64,000 bases of DNA from an uncultured Treponema sp. (GTDB lineage: Bacteria > Spirochaetota > Spirochaetia > Treponematales > Treponemataceae). The position numbers and the translations under genes were made by a program. Positions 1 to 9,851 of this stretch are shown here, piece by piece. Location of the stretch: NCBI GenBank assembly GCA_946611685.1, contig CAMODX010000001.1:33599-97598 (forward strand), given 5' to 3'. Numbering within the stretch: the first letter of the stretch is position 1; every line of letters begins with the position of its first letter. The notes beneath the pieces were generated by a model. That model was not told where the DNA came from. It searched no databases and was given only the letters and a program-made list of their open reading frames with translations.

Positions 1-114
1 AACTCTCTGATACCCGTCCGGCACAGGAAGGTCTTCCTGCAGGTGAAAATCATGACAGGAAAGCAGGATAAAAAGAGAAATCATTAAACTTATACAAAAA
101 ATAATTTTTTTCAT
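1..114 (-). CDS. putative lipoprotein, 5' part only (38 codons; gene runs off the left edge)
   Basis: Not in the ORF track because it is truncated. The ATG at 114..112 shares its A with the TGA of the upstream ORF (TGATG junction). Translation MKKIIFCISLMISLFILLSCHDFHLQEDLPVPDGYQRV gives a signal peptide plus a lipobox Cys. Confidence 0.5.
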   Translation of the reverse strand, partial: MKKIIFCISLMISLFILLSCHDFHLQEDLPVPDGYQRV

Positions 115-1202
115 CAGTAGGTCACCGTAAATACACAGGAGAATGTAGAAATTCTCACATCAGAAGCCGAAATTACAAGTGTATACACACCAACATCAAG
201 AGTTTCTGCAAATGCAAGCTTAAATTCTTCACTTACACCGGCAGTATAACCGTCTACACCCACTCCGCCAGGCGTTTCAACAAGTTTATCGTCAGCAATA
301 TAATAAAGTGTTGCAGTCATCGTGGTAGAAGCATTAATTACATCTTTTGCCTCTTCACTTAAAGTCATTGTAATCTGATTATTCGCGGATTTTGACCATA
401 CCCTGCCGGACAGATTTCCAAGTTCAATATCTCCGTAATTAATTTCAGGAATAATGGTGACCGGAGACACGTCACTCTTTCTCTTAAGCCGTATCTTTAA
501 TACTGAAGTTCCGTCTGCCTTAATTTCAGTGTCTGAAGAAGGATCAAGCCCTTCATATTCAAAGCCTGCCGGAATATAATCTTTATTATTCTCATAAACA
601 GATTGAACAAAAGCGTCATTAAAAGCCACTCCCGTTCCGCCAAAAAGAGGAAAGGGCTGATAAGAGTCAAGCTGTTCATATATATCAGTATCTTCTGCAG
701 ACTGAAATAAAAATACTACCGTATAAGGGGTATCTGTCCTGATCTTCCAGCTTCCAGCCTGAAGGATAAAATCATAGGGAGGAACAGTTAAAACAGAAAT
801 ATAGCCTGCTCCGTCATTTGTATAAAATCTGCTTTTATCAATATTAGTCGAAGCGTCAAGAGCAGAATCCTGAAAGCCGTCAAATTTCCAGTTTTCAGGA
901 TAATAGCCGGGATTTACGGCAGAAAGAAGCCTGTTTTTCTTAAAAAAATCAATCAGGGCATCTTTCGTATATGTTTTTTTGAAGGGCATCTTAACATGGC
1001 AGGAACTATAGCCGTCTAATTCAACCAGGCAGTCTGAAGAAAGGTCGTTTTGAATGCCGTCGAAAAGATCGCCTCCAAAATTAAGGCTGCCCATAGTCAT
1101 TTCGTCAGAACAGGAAAAAACAAATAAAAGGAAAAGACAGGCAGCCCCGTAAATAAGGGCTTTAAAGAGACTTTGAACTGACCTGAGCGGTTTTCTTTTC
1201 AT
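114..1202 (-). CDS. secreted lipoprotein of unknown function
   Basis: 362-aa ORF. The N-terminus MKRKPLRSV...LLFVFSCSDE looks like a signal peptide with a lipobox Cys. It starts 2 nt after the stop of the upstream ORF. No family recognised. Confidence 0.6.
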   Translation of the reverse strand: MKRKPLRSVQSLFKALIYGAACLFLLFVFSCSDEMTMGSLNFGGDLFDGIQNDLSSDCLVELDGYSSCHVKMPFKKTYTKDALIDFFKKNRLLSAVNPGYYPENWKFDGFQDSALDASTNIDKSRFYTNDGAGYISVLTVPPYDFILQAGSWKIRTDTPYTVVFLFQSAEDTDIYEQLDSYQPFPLFGGTGVAFNDAFVQSVYENNKDYIPAGFEYEGLDPSSDTEIKADGTSVLKIRLKRKSDVSPVTIIPEINYGDIELGNLSGRVWSKSANNQITMTLSEEAKDVINASTTMTATLYYIADDKLVETPGGVGVDGYTAGVSEEFKLAFAETLDVGVYTLVISASDVRISTFSCVFTVTY

Positions 1203-1204
1203 AA

Positions 1205-2902
1205 CTAAAACCTCAGTCCCATTCCAAGATAAGTCCTCAACAGAAATAAGTTTTCTCCGCTGACTTTACAGTAATTATAATCCGCACCAAACTCAAAAAC
1301 AAGGTGTTTTACAGGAATTACCATAAGTCCAAGACCTGCCATGGCAAGAGGCTGGGTATAAAATTTGTCTGAAGGATTATCCTTATCAAGATTCTTATAG
1401 GTAACAGAGGTTTCAAAAACCATAAGGCCTCCGCCCGCCTTTAACTCAAGCATGGCCTGATCAGCAAAAAGCCTCCTCTGAAGCACAAAATCAAAGGAAG
1501 CCGCTAAGGCTGATGTGTCCACCTCTGCATAATCATAGGATTTCGTAAAAGTCATGTAGGAAGCGTTTAACTGAGAGCCGAATCTCCAGCCATAGTCTTT
1601 GCTTTTAAGGGGAAGATACATGAGGCAGCCGTGAGGGCTAAAAACTGTAGACGAAGAGTGAAGTTCACTTAATACAGTGTCCTGTGTATCAAGGGCTATG
1701 CCGAAAGCTCCTGTAAGTATTATATCCTTTGCAGGCTTTGCAGCTTTTTTCTTGACAGCAAGCTTTTTCTGCCGGGCCCTGCGCAATTTTTCAGCCCTCT
1801 CTTCTTCTTCACGGGCAAGGCGCTCAGCTTCAAGACGGGCAGCCTCTTCTTTTGCAAGACGCTCTGCTTCTTCCCTTTCAAGGCGCTCGGCTTCAAGACG
1901 GTCAGCTTCTTCTTTAGCAAGACGTTCAGCTTCAAGACGTTCTGCTTCTTTTCTTGCCCTTTCCTCTTCTTCAAGTTTTGCCTGTCTTTCAGCAGCATCC
2001 CTTTCTGCAATTTCTTTGGCAATTTTTGCAGCTTCCAGGCGGGCCTTTTCTTCCCGCTCAAGAAGTTCTGCTTCTTCCCGGGCAAGACGGGCAGCTTCTT
2101 CTTCAGCAAGTCTTTCTGCTTCAAGACGCTGCCTTTCAGCTTCTTCTTTTGCCAGACGCTCGGCTTCCAGGCGTTTTTCTTCTGCAAGACGAGCTTCTTC
2201 CATACGCTGTTTTTCCTGCCGTTTTTCTTCTTCAAAACGGGCAAGTTCTTCGTCAGTAATTTTTTCGATTTTTACAAGCTGTTCACTTTCTGCAGTAAAA
2301 CCGCCCGGATTTGTAACCCGGATTTTCCAGTCTCCGCCCTTAACATCTGAAACAAGAATTTTCTGAGCTTTTTTTTCTGAACTGCCTTTTTCTTTTTCAT
2401 CAGAAGCCCTGTCAAAAACAATCTGAGCAGGAATTTTTTCGTTTGTTGAAGGATTTACAAGTTCAACTTTTGAATCTTTTGTAACGCTTTCTATGTCTAC
2501 AGGAATCTCAATTTTTGTATCTGCAACTGCCTTTCCGCTTTCCGTAAGCTTAGGCTTTACTTCTACTTTTTCCTTTACTTTTTCAACCTTTGGCTTTAAG
2601 GCCTTTACAAATTCAATTGGCTGCCAGCGGCTTACGGAACTTTCCCTGCCCAGAAAGTCATAGGCTGTAATCCTGTACTGATATTTTCCTGCAGGCTTTG
2701 AAAAAGTGACAGAAGATTTTTCAGTTGTAAAGGTATCTGTTGTACCGTCAGCGAGATTTTTTAATTCAACTTTATATTCAAATGCGTTCGGATCTTCCTT
2801 CCATTCAATTTTCTGCTTTAATTTAGACTGAGAAGCAGCATCAAAAAGTGAACATATGAGAAGAAATAAAACTGTCAGCAGGATTTTTTTTCTATTCACC
2901 AT
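1205..2902 (-). CDS. outer-membrane-anchored protein with Ig/Fn3-like N-terminal modules, a long E/A/R/L coiled coil and a C-terminal beta-barrel
   Basis: 565-aa ORF with a signal peptide (MVNRKKILLTVLFLLICSLFDAASQ). Residues 217-380 are (EAERLAKEE)-like repeats. The last ~170 aa alternate hydrophobic residues and end in ...YLGMGLRF, a terminal Phe typical of OMP barrels. The ATG overlaps the upstream stop by 11 nt. Confidence 0.6.
   Translation of the reverse strand: MVNRKKILLTVLFLLICSLFDAASQSKLKQKIEWKEDPNAFEYKVELKNLADGTTDTFTTEKSSVTFSKPAGKYQYRITAYDFLGRESSVSRWQPIEFVKALKPKVEKVKEKVEVKPKLTESGKAVADTKIEIPVDIESVTKDSKVELVNPSTNEKIPAQIVFDRASDEKEKGSSEKKAQKILVSDVKGGDWKIRVTNPGGFTAESEQLVKIEKITDEELARFEEEKRQEKQRMEEARLAEEKRLEAERLAKEEAERQRLEAERLAEEEAARLAREEAELLEREEKARLEAAKIAKEIAERDAAERQAKLEEEERARKEAERLEAERLAKEEADRLEAERLEREEAERLAKEEAARLEAERLAREEEERAEKLRRARQKKLAVKKKAAKPAKDIILTGAFGIALDTQDTVLSELHSSSTVFSPHGCLMYLPLKSKDYGWRFGSQLNASYMTFTKSYDYAEVDTSALAASFDFVLQRRLFADQAMLELKAGGGLMVFETSVTYKNLDKDNPSDKFYTQPLAMAGLGLMVIPVKHLVFEFGADYNYCKVSGENLFLLRTYLGMGLRF
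1763..2254 (-). repeat. imperfect tandem codon repeats encoding the EAERLAKEE-type coiled coil
   Basis: gcttcaagacg / gcaagacg motifs recur throughout 1763-2254. The low complexity also creates the spurious S/A/R-rich and K/L-rich ORFs at 1677..2366(+), 1720..2244(-) and 1954..2259(+). Confidence 0.8.
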
Positions 2903-5759
2903 ACTGTGTTCCCGAATCTATTGTCTGAATCGTGCGCGGAAGTTCAAACTGAATCTTAAACTGTCCTGAGGCGACACTGGATTTCTGCTCAACAAAACCG
3001 TCTTTAGCACGTGCAAACGCTGTAACCTGCCATTCAAAGGAAGCAAGGTCAAGCATACGCAGATTCTTAAATTTTAACGCACTTTTTTTAGTTTTTTCTT
3101 CAAAAATCTTTAAAAGCGAACCGTCGGCATTTCTTTTATAGAGAACAAAAAGATAATCCGTAGCCCCCTGAACATCCTGCCAGTCAAAATTAAGGTTACG
3201 GTTCTTCCTTAAATAGGCTCCGTCCATTACAAATCCTGCCGAGGGAGAAACAAGCACTGCTTTTTCAAGGGCGGCCGGCGGAGTAACGGTAAATTCCCTT
3301 TCTTTTGAACTTAAAGGAATACCACCCGCCCCTTCTGCAATAATCTGATACTTATAAAGTCCGCTCTTTAAGCGCTTAAAACTTTCTGTCTGAGCCGGAG
3401 AGTTTATTACTTTTTCTGTCTGCCAGCTTCCGTCACTAAGGCGGCGGCTTAATACAAGTCTCGAAGAAACAAGCTCATCCCCTTTTCGCCAGCTTAAAGT
3501 AACAGGAGACCTTAATGCAGCAAGGCCGTCAATTTTCTGACCGTTATACGGCTCAGTTAAAACGGCAGGACGGGGAGAGCGCACAGTAAAGGTATTTTCT
3601 GTAATGCGCCCGATTCTTATTTTTGAAAGCTCAGTTTCGCGGGCAAACGGCTGCACGCTTACAGTAAAACTTAAAGGTGAAGCAAGTTTATAGATATTTT
3701 CACCTTCATTTTTTGGAAGGTTTAACTTAGCGGCAAAAGAAGTATTTTTTACTGTTGAGGAAACCTGAGGAATCTCAACGCCTTCTTCATCATAAACCTT
3801 AACGGAATAATACTCAGCACCAGGGACTGCATTCCAGTTAATGCGCACAGTATCAGAAAGATATACGATTAGTGCTTTTGAAGGCGACGGAGAAGTAATT
3901 ACAGGAACTGCAAAATCCTTTAAAAGAGTTATTTTTCTTGTTTCTGAAGGATTTTCAACAAGACCTGTGTTTACATTTTTTACCGCAGCGCGCCAGTAAT
4001 AAGTTCCGGCTTTTAAAAGCTCTTTAACTGCCGCACCCTTTATTTTGTTATCTGCCTTTTCACATTCACACGACACAGATGAAGTAAAGTCAGGAGTTGT
4101 TGAAAACTCAATTAAAGCAGTACATTCTTCTCCCTTAAAATCAGGAGAAATCTTGTACATAAACTCAAAATCATCAAGTTTTGAATATTCAAGACTGTAG
4201 TCAAACGGCGGATACAGAAGCTTATTTTCACCTGCAATGTATCGCTCTACGCTGAAAGAACGGATTTCACTTGTCTTTACATTTTCTTCATCCGGCAGAG
4301 TCTGGCTTACTTTCCAGTAATATGAGCCTTCAGGCAGAATTGATGAATTAAAGTTTTCAATATGCCTTAAATTTTCTGTCTGAGTTTTAAATACAAGGTG
4401 TTCAAAATCTTTTGAATCAGAAACTTCAACAGTAAAGTTTCCTTCGTTTTCGCCCTTCCACATAAAGTTTACTGCAGTCGAAGAATCAATCATGTTGAGT
4501 TTTGCATTGTCAGCAGGACTGATTAAAAGAGGCGGCCGTACATCTTCAGCCTTTTTAATTACAATAGATTTAATCTCCGTCTCTTTTCCGTAACCTGCAT
4601 TGTTAATTGCATAATGCGGAGTTACCTTCCACAGGTACTCACCTTCTTCAAGATCACTTACAACAAGGTTTTCTTCACAGACCTCTTCAGACTTTACAGG
4701 GACCTGATCATCAAGCACACTGTAAACATCAACCTTATAAAAGTCTGCCCAGCCGTTTCCTTCCCAGGCAAAATTGATTTTAGGCGCTTCTTTTTTTACG
4801 GTATAAGTTGATTTATCAAGAGGTGCAAGAGATTTTATGTCATTTACTTTCTGAACAGTAATCTTACCCTGCACAGGATTTTCTTTATTTTCTTTTGAAT
4901 AAACTCTCCAGTAAAGCTTTCCGCCTTCGTTTTCTACGTTTACAGAGCCGCTTCCCTTTGTTTCGTAGGTATTTTCGATTTTTGCAAAGTCTTTATCATA
5001 AGAAGTTTCAATGATTACATCTTTATCTTCAAGTTCAGGGGTAGTTGTCCATTCAAGAGGAATTTCTTTAGGAGAATCTCCCTCAAACTGTAAAAGCTTT
5101 AAGTCACGGGAAACAGAAGTTACAGTAACAGGGCTTCTCTCCATCTTTCCGTCTTTAAGCACCTGAACATTCTGACCTTCGGTCATTTTTTCCTGATGAC
5201 CGTCAGAGTTTTCTACAAAACCGTGGCCCGCTTCAAGCTGGAAGGAATGAGCACCTGCTGAAGAATCAGACAAAGCACTAACTTTACTTCCTTTTTCAAG
5301 ATTAAGCTTTGTGCCGTCATCCATTTTGAGGGAAATTACAGAAGCAGCCTCTCCGCCGGATTTAACAGAAGTCGTATCTACGCTTAAAGAACCGCCGCCC
5401 ACATTAATTGAATAACTTCCGTCCTTCATCACAAGAATCTGAAGCATGGTGTTTTCATCTATATCAACAGTAATATCGCCTGCAAAATGAATTGTCGCAG
5501 AACTCTGCGAAGCAGTGCGGATTGTGTCAGCATCATAAAGAGGAGAATTATTCTGCAGGCGTTCCCATACGACCCTGTCGCTGAATTTACGCTGGGCTAT
5601 GTTCTGCTTAAAGGTAATTGAGGCAATCTTTTTCTTGTCACTTCTGACTGTTGAACTGTTTAAATCCTTCCAGAATAAAAAAAGGCTGAAGGCACAGGCT
5701 GCAGTACAGAAAAGGATAAAAAATGAATTAACTAACCTTAACCTTGTTTTCTTCTGCAT
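2892..5759 (-). CDS. FecR-domain protein with about 8 tandem Fn3/Ig-like modules (membrane-anchored, periplasmic)
   Basis: The start is reassigned to the ATG at 5759 (MQKKTRLRLVNSFFILFCTAACAFSLFLF, a TM anchor), which has GGTGAGG 8 nt upstream. A FecR-like segment reads ITFKQNIAQRKFSDRVVWERL...ATIHFAGDITVDIDENTMLQI. Module signatures then repeat: FAWEGNGWADFYKVDVY, FMWKGENEGNFTVEV, INWNAVPGAEYYSVKVY, FDWQDVQGATDYLFVLY. Confidence 0.65.
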   Translation of the reverse strand: MQKKTRLRLVNSFFILFCTAACAFSLFLFWKDLNSSTVRSDKKKIASITFKQNIAQRKFSDRVVWERLQNNSPLYDADTIRTASQSSATIHFAGDITVDIDENTMLQILVMKDGSYSINVGGGSLSVDTTSVKSGGEAASVISLKMDDGTKLNLEKGSKVSALSDSSAGAHSFQLEAGHGFVENSDGHQEKMTEGQNVQVLKDGKMERSPVTVTSVSRDLKLLQFEGDSPKEIPLEWTTTPELEDKDVIIETSYDKDFAKIENTYETKGSGSVNVENEGGKLYWRVYSKENKENPVQGKITVQKVNDIKSLAPLDKSTYTVKKEAPKINFAWEGNGWADFYKVDVYSVLDDQVPVKSEEVCEENLVVSDLEEGEYLWKVTPHYAINNAGYGKETEIKSIVIKKAEDVRPPLLISPADNAKLNMIDSSTAVNFMWKGENEGNFTVEVSDSKDFEHLVFKTQTENLRHIENFNSSILPEGSYYWKVSQTLPDEENVKTSEIRSFSVERYIAGENKLLYPPFDYSLEYSKLDDFEFMYKISPDFKGEECTALIEFSTTPDFTSSVSCECEKADNKIKGAAVKELLKAGTYYWRAAVKNVNTGLVENPSETRKITLLKDFAVPVITSPSPSKALIVYLSDTVRINWNAVPGAEYYSVKVYDEEGVEIPQVSSTVKNTSFAAKLNLPKNEGENIYKLASPLSFTVSVQPFARETELSKIRIGRITENTFTVRSPRPAVLTEPYNGQKIDGLAALRSPVTLSWRKGDELVSSRLVLSRRLSDGSWQTEKVINSPAQTESFKRLKSGLYKYQIIAEGAGGIPLSSKEREFTVTPPAALEKAVLVSPSAGFVMDGAYLRKNRNLNFDWQDVQGATDYLFVLYKRNADGSLLKIFEEKTKKSALKFKNLRMLDLASFEWQVTAFARAKDGFVEQKSSVASGQFKIQFELPRTIQTIDSGTQYGE

Positions 5760-8019
5760 CCAGGTTAACCTCACCAAAATCAGGAACAGGAATTCCAAGC
5801 ATATTTCTAAGTTCATTAAGAGTTTTAGGGCCCTCAGGTCCGCAGGCTTTTACACAGTCTTCATCAACTTCAAAACCGCTCTCAACGCGCTTAAAGAAAG
5901 CTTCAATATCAAAATTAGGCATATTTACAACGCCGTAGAAATGCTGTTTTCCCTTACCTTTAACTTCAAATGTTACAGGAATCTGCTCAACAATTACCTC
6001 ATCCATCAGATGTTCTTTAGAAATGGTGTAATTGTTTTCAGCACAGCGCACGTAATCTTTTTTAAGAAGATCATAAGTGTCCTGAGTAATCAGGATATCA
6101 GTGCCGCACGGTTTATTTGAACTTTCAGTACGGCTTGCAAGGTTTACGGCGTCGCCGATAGAGGTAAATTCCATCTTGTCGCGGCTTCCCATAAAGCCTA
6201 CAGTTGCACGCCCTGAATTTAAGCCGCAGCCGATTTTAATTTCAGGCTTATATTTTGCAAGCGGCTCACCTTCATGCTGTTTTGTAAATATTTCTGCATC
6301 CTTGTTGTATTTCATTAACGCATAGCGCATGCCGACAGTTGAGCGGATGGCAGAGATTACATCGTGAACTTTATGCTCGTCGTGTTCAGCCTTCAGGAAA
6401 GCCTTACGCGGATCATTGTCAGGAAGCTTCTCAAAGCTCAAATCATCATCACGAAGAACACCCCAGCAGGCCATAATAGCATCGCCTTCAAATTTATCAA
6501 CATTACCGCCGGTAGCCTTGATGCAGTTAACCATGCGGCTCATGTAGTCATTCAAGAAACTGATGATTTCGCCGGCAGAGTTTTCCTGGAAGCGTCTGTT
6601 GAAGCCGTCAGAAATAGCAGTAAAGCCGCGGATATCACTGAAGAAAATCGTAATGTCTTTAAGGTGAGGCTCAAAATCAATAGTCTTTTTGACAATGGCC
6701 TGGGTTACACCTTTATTAGTCAGGGAAGTTACAGTATTTAAAATCTGCTGTTCATCTTTTGTAGAACGGTTTAATACGCCGATTTCGTCCTTACGGCGGA
6801 CATTAAGCTCGTCAAAAAGCGGAGTGTCAAAGTTTCCCAGGGCAATCTGGTCGTTTACTTCAGTTAAAAGCTCAAGAGGTGAAGAAAGAGAGCGCGCAAA
6901 GAAGCGGATTAAAAGAACAGCCACCGCAAGAATTGCAGCAGTCAGATAAATATTACGCCTTGTCGTAGACTGAACGCCTTCAAAAATAACGCTCGACTTA
7001 ACTTCAGTAATTACACCGGCGCCGGTCCCCGGAATCTTGCGGAAAGCACCAAAGTACTCTTCCCCGCTCAAGTCAGTATATTTTACCTGCATATTGGTCT
7101 GATTAGACTCATGCATCTTTTTTACAAGTTCATGATTTTTTAAATCCCCGCCCTCAAGCATGACAGAAGCATCAGGATGAACAAGGATTTCACTTTCATC
7201 ATTTACTAAAACAGAAAGGTTCGTAGAAGAAGTCGCAAAGCTTTCGCTGAGTTCTTCACTTGAAAAAAGCACAACGCACACATCTCCGTTATCAACCTTA
7301 GAAAGCGGAGTAAAAACTGCAAGAACAGGAGTATTAAAGACAGGACTCGGGTTTGTAATCCTTACAGCACCTGTCAGCGCATTTTGAATGTTTTCTTCTT
7401 CACCTGTAAGCCAGTCCTTAAAAGACTCAGGTTCAAGTTCGTGGCTCAACATAAAAGTATTATTTGTAAAATAGAGCCTTGAATTGACAAAAGCAACGCC
7501 TGCAATGTCTTTATTGCGGTCAAAGAAAAGAGAAACGTTTTTCTGGTCTTCAAGCACATCTTTTTTTTCAGTTTCAATCAGACCGTAAATCATTCCTGCG
7601 TTATTGATGACTGCATTTACCCTGTTACGCACATCGTCAGCGGAACGGCGGTTAATGGTGAGGTTATTCTCTTCTGCGCTGATGCGTACATCTTCACTTA
7701 CAAAGTGACTTACTAAAACAGTAATGGTTCCTAAAGACAAAACTACAATGGCGGAAATCATTCCTACCATCTTTGAACTGATTGAGTGGAAGGCATTTAC
7801 ACTGCGGACTCTTGCAATCTTTCTTTTTGCACGAGTCTCGTCCCGGGCAATCTTTTTTTCCTGCCTGACTTCTTTTTTCTGATATTTTTTTGCCCTCTTA
7901 TTGACCTTCCTTAAAGGAACGCCTTCAAAAGAGCCGTATTCTCCAAAGCCTGCCTTAGAACAGATATCATTGAGTACGTCTGCACTGTTTTCAAATGAAC
8001 CGTAATTATCAATTTCCAT
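5728..8019 (-). CDS. membrane-bound class III adenylate/guanylate cyclase with a periplasmic sensor domain and HAMP linker
   Basis: Cyclase core motifs are ITIFFSDIRGFTAISD, KFEGDAIMACWG and GSRDKMEFTSIGDAVNLASRTE. Two TM segments (aa ~88-108 and ~357-377) bracket a ~250-aa extracytoplasmic domain. The ATG at 8019 has GAGGTGA 6 nt upstream and is preferred over the track's GTG at 8028. Confidence 0.85.
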   Translation of the reverse strand: MEIDNYGSFENSADVLNDICSKAGFGEYGSFEGVPLRKVNKRAKKYQKKEVRQEKKIARDETRAKRKIARVRSVNAFHSISSKMVGMISAIVVLSLGTITVLVSHFVSEDVRISAEENNLTINRRSADDVRNRVNAVINNAGMIYGLIETEKKDVLEDQKNVSLFFDRNKDIAGVAFVNSRLYFTNNTFMLSHELEPESFKDWLTGEEENIQNALTGAVRITNPSPVFNTPVLAVFTPLSKVDNGDVCVVLFSSEELSESFATSSTNLSVLVNDESEILVHPDASVMLEGGDLKNHELVKKMHESNQTNMQVKYTDLSGEEYFGAFRKIPGTGAGVITEVKSSVIFEGVQSTTRRNIYLTAAILAVAVLLIRFFARSLSSPLELLTEVNDQIALGNFDTPLFDELNVRRKDEIGVLNRSTKDEQQILNTVTSLTNKGVTQAIVKKTIDFEPHLKDITIFFSDIRGFTAISDGFNRRFQENSAGEIISFLNDYMSRMVNCIKATGGNVDKFEGDAIMACWGVLRDDDLSFEKLPDNDPRKAFLKAEHDEHKVHDVISAIRSTVGMRYALMKYNKDAEIFTKQHEGEPLAKYKPEIKIGCGLNSGRATVGFMGSRDKMEFTSIGDAVNLASRTESSNKPCGTDILITQDTYDLLKKDYVRCAENNYTISKEHLMDEVIVEQIPVTFEVKGKGKQHFYGVVNMPNFDIEAFFKRVESGFEVDEDCVKACGPEGPKTLNELRNMLGIPVPDFGEVNLDAEENKVKVS

Positions 8020-8149
8020 AAAGCTCACCTCGCCGCCTTAAATTTAAAGACAGTTTACCGGTGAAATTATCGGCACAAAATCGTGCACAGTTTAGGAAAA
8101 TTTTAAGGTTATTTTTAAATTTTTAAAAGATAAAAGCATAATCAGCGCT

Positions 8150-8185
8150 AAAAAAAAGACGGACAAAAACCGTCCGCCTTTTTTG
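8150..8185 (-). terminator. rho-independent terminator downstream of pgk
   Basis: The minus strand reads GACGG-tttttgt-CCGTC followed by T8. The stem is short (5-6 bp) but the U-run is strong. Confidence 0.5.
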
Positions 8186-8293
8186 TGTAATCCCGTGCTT
8201 GCTCAAAGTCCTCGAAGGCTTCGCCTTCTGCGGTCTTTCCGCAACGCCCGGGGCTAAGTTTTACTGTACCGGATTTTTGTTACAAAATCAGGT

Positions 8294-9565
8294 TTATTTT
8301 GTAGCCAAAATAGCAATACCTGGAAGTGTCTTTCCTTCAAGGAATTCAAGGGAAGCACCGCCGCCAGTAGAAACATGGCTCATCTTATCTGCAAGGTTAA
8401 ACTTGTTAACGGCAGCAACGCTGTCACCGCCGCCAACTACAGTCATAGCACCACGGCCGGTAGCATCAGCAACAAGCTGAGCAACAGTTGCAGTTCCCTT
8501 AGCAAATGCGTCAAACTCGAATACGCCTACAGGTCCGTTCCATACAACAGATTTTGCTGTAGAAAGAACTTCTTTGTATGCTTCGATTGTCTTAGGACCA
8601 ACATCCATAGCCATAAGATTGTCAGGAATATCAACACCGTCTACTGCAACAGGAGCGGCATTAGCATCAAACTTATCTGCAGCAACATGGTCTACAGGAA
8701 GAACGATTTTTACACCCTTAGAAGCAGCGTCTGAAAGGAGTTTTTTTGCAGTATCAAGGTAATCATCTTCAACAAGAGAAATACCTACTTTGTGGCCCTG
8801 AGCCTTGAGGAAAGTATAAGCCATACCGCCGCCAATAATGAGGGCTGAAGCGTTTTTAAGGAGAGATTCAAGAACTGCGATTTTAGAAGAAACCTTGGCA
8901 CCACCGATAATTGCAACCTGCGGTTTTGGAGGATTTTCTACCATCGGCTGAATGTATTTAACTTCTTTTTCCATGAGGAAGCCGCCAACGCTTTCTACCG
9001 GCATGAATTTTGCAATTGAAGCAGTAGAAGCCTGATCGCGGTGAGCAGTACCGAAAGCGTCGTTTACAAAGATGTCACCGTAAGAAGCAAGTTCTTTTGC
9101 CATTACATCCCGTTCTGCACTGTCTTTAGAAGTTTCTTCTTTGTGGAAGCGTACGTTTTCAAGCATTGCAACAGCACCCTGCGGGAGAGCATCGATTGCT
9201 GCCTTCTGTCCGAGGGCATCAGGAAGGAAAGTAACTTCCTTTCCAAGTTTTGAAGCAAAGTATTCTACAACCGGCTTCATGCGGTTTTTACCGTTAATGA
9301 ACTTTTCAGCATCAGCGTCAGTCCAGGTTTTTCCTGCTTTTTCAGCTTTTTCCTGAGCTTTTTTTACGTCTTTTTTTGGATCGCCAAGATGGCTCATAAG
9401 AACGAGAGAGCGCGGGCCCTGTTCAAGAATGTATTTAATGGTAGGAAGAGCAGCCATAATGCGGGTATCATCCTGAACAACTCCGTCCTTCATAGGTACG
9501 TTAAAATCTACGCGCATGATGATGCGCTTACCTTTAAGGTCAACGTCTTTTACAGTTTTAATCAT
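8294..9565 (-). CDS. pgk: phosphoglycerate kinase
   Basis: 423 aa. N-terminus [28 protein letters not shown]..., with [11 protein letters not shown] and a C-terminal [14 protein letters not shown] motif. Confidence 0.97.
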   Translation of the reverse strand: MIKTVKDVDLKGKRIIMRVDFNVPMKDGVVQDDTRIMAALPTIKYILEQGPRSLVLMSHLGDPKKDVKKAQEKAEKAGKTWTDADAEKFINGKNRMKPVVEYFASKLGKEVTFLPDALGQKAAIDALPQGAVAMLENVRFHKEETSKDSAERDVMAKELASYGDIFVNDAFGTAHRDQASTASIAKFMPVESVGGFLMEKEVKYIQPMVENPPKPQVAIIGGAKVSSKIAVLESLLKNASALIIGGGMAYTFLKAQGHKVGISLVEDDYLDTAKKLLSDAASKGVKIVLPVDHVAADKFDANAAPVAVDGVDIPDNLMAMDVGPKTIEAYKEVLSTAKSVVWNGPVGVFEFDAFAKGTATVAQLVADATGRGAMTVVGGGDSVAAVNKFNLADKMSHVSTGGGASLEFLEGKTLPGIAILATK

Positions 9566-9661
9566 TTGTAAAATCTCCTTATCGTAAAAATCCGCCGCAG
9601 CGGTTTTGCAAAAAATAAATCAATACTTAATAATAGGTCAAAAAGTCAGTTTCTTCAATAT

Positions 9662-9695
9662 AAAAAAATGCTGCGTCCGCCAGGAACCGTTACAC
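9662..9695. repeat. 34-nt intergenic box, copy A
   Basis: aaaaaaatgctgcgtccgccaggaaccgttaca. Matches copy B at 9818-9851 with 2 substitutions plus a 1-nt difference in the A-run. Confidence 0.8.
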
Positions 9696-9817
9696 AGCTG
9701 GTGCAAACGTATTAAATAATTTCCACCATTAAAAACAGCTTCCAGTCGCATATCATGAGGTCAGAACCGCGCGTTAACACGCTGCATGCTGTTTGCGAAT
9801 ATGACAGTTTCGTAAAT

Positions 9818-9851
9818 AAAAAAAATGTTACGTCCGCCAGGAACCGTTACA
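9818..9851. repeat. 34-nt intergenic box, copy B, followed by a long hairpin
   Basis: aaaaaaaatgttacgtccgccaggaaccgttaca. Directly followed by GAAATCCAT-ggt-TGCGCG (9852-9869), which pairs with CGCGCA-aa-ATGGATTTC (9899-9915). Confidence 0.8.

Noticed and set aside
1677-2366. Plus-strand 229-aa ORF (and 1720..2244 minus, 1954..2259 plus) overlapping the coiled-coil gene
   Set aside because: The products are Ser/Ala/Arg-rich or Lys/Leu-rich low-complexity sequence, generated by reading the GAA/GCN/CGN repeat tract in other frames. They have no RBS and lie entirely within a well-supported gene.
8247-8260. Shared box CCGGGG(C)TAAGTT just downstream of two minus-strand genes (8247-8260 after pgk; 60491-60503 after the LTD-like gene)
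   Set aside because: Only about 12 nt are shared and there are only two instances. The local secondary-structure contexts differ. This is too short to separate from chance without a genome-wide count.
8199-8480. 93-aa plus-strand ORF spanning the pgk 3' end and the downstream GC-rich spacer
   Set aside because: It is antisense to the conserved pgk C-terminus, has no RBS, and its composition is driven by the GC-rich spacer.
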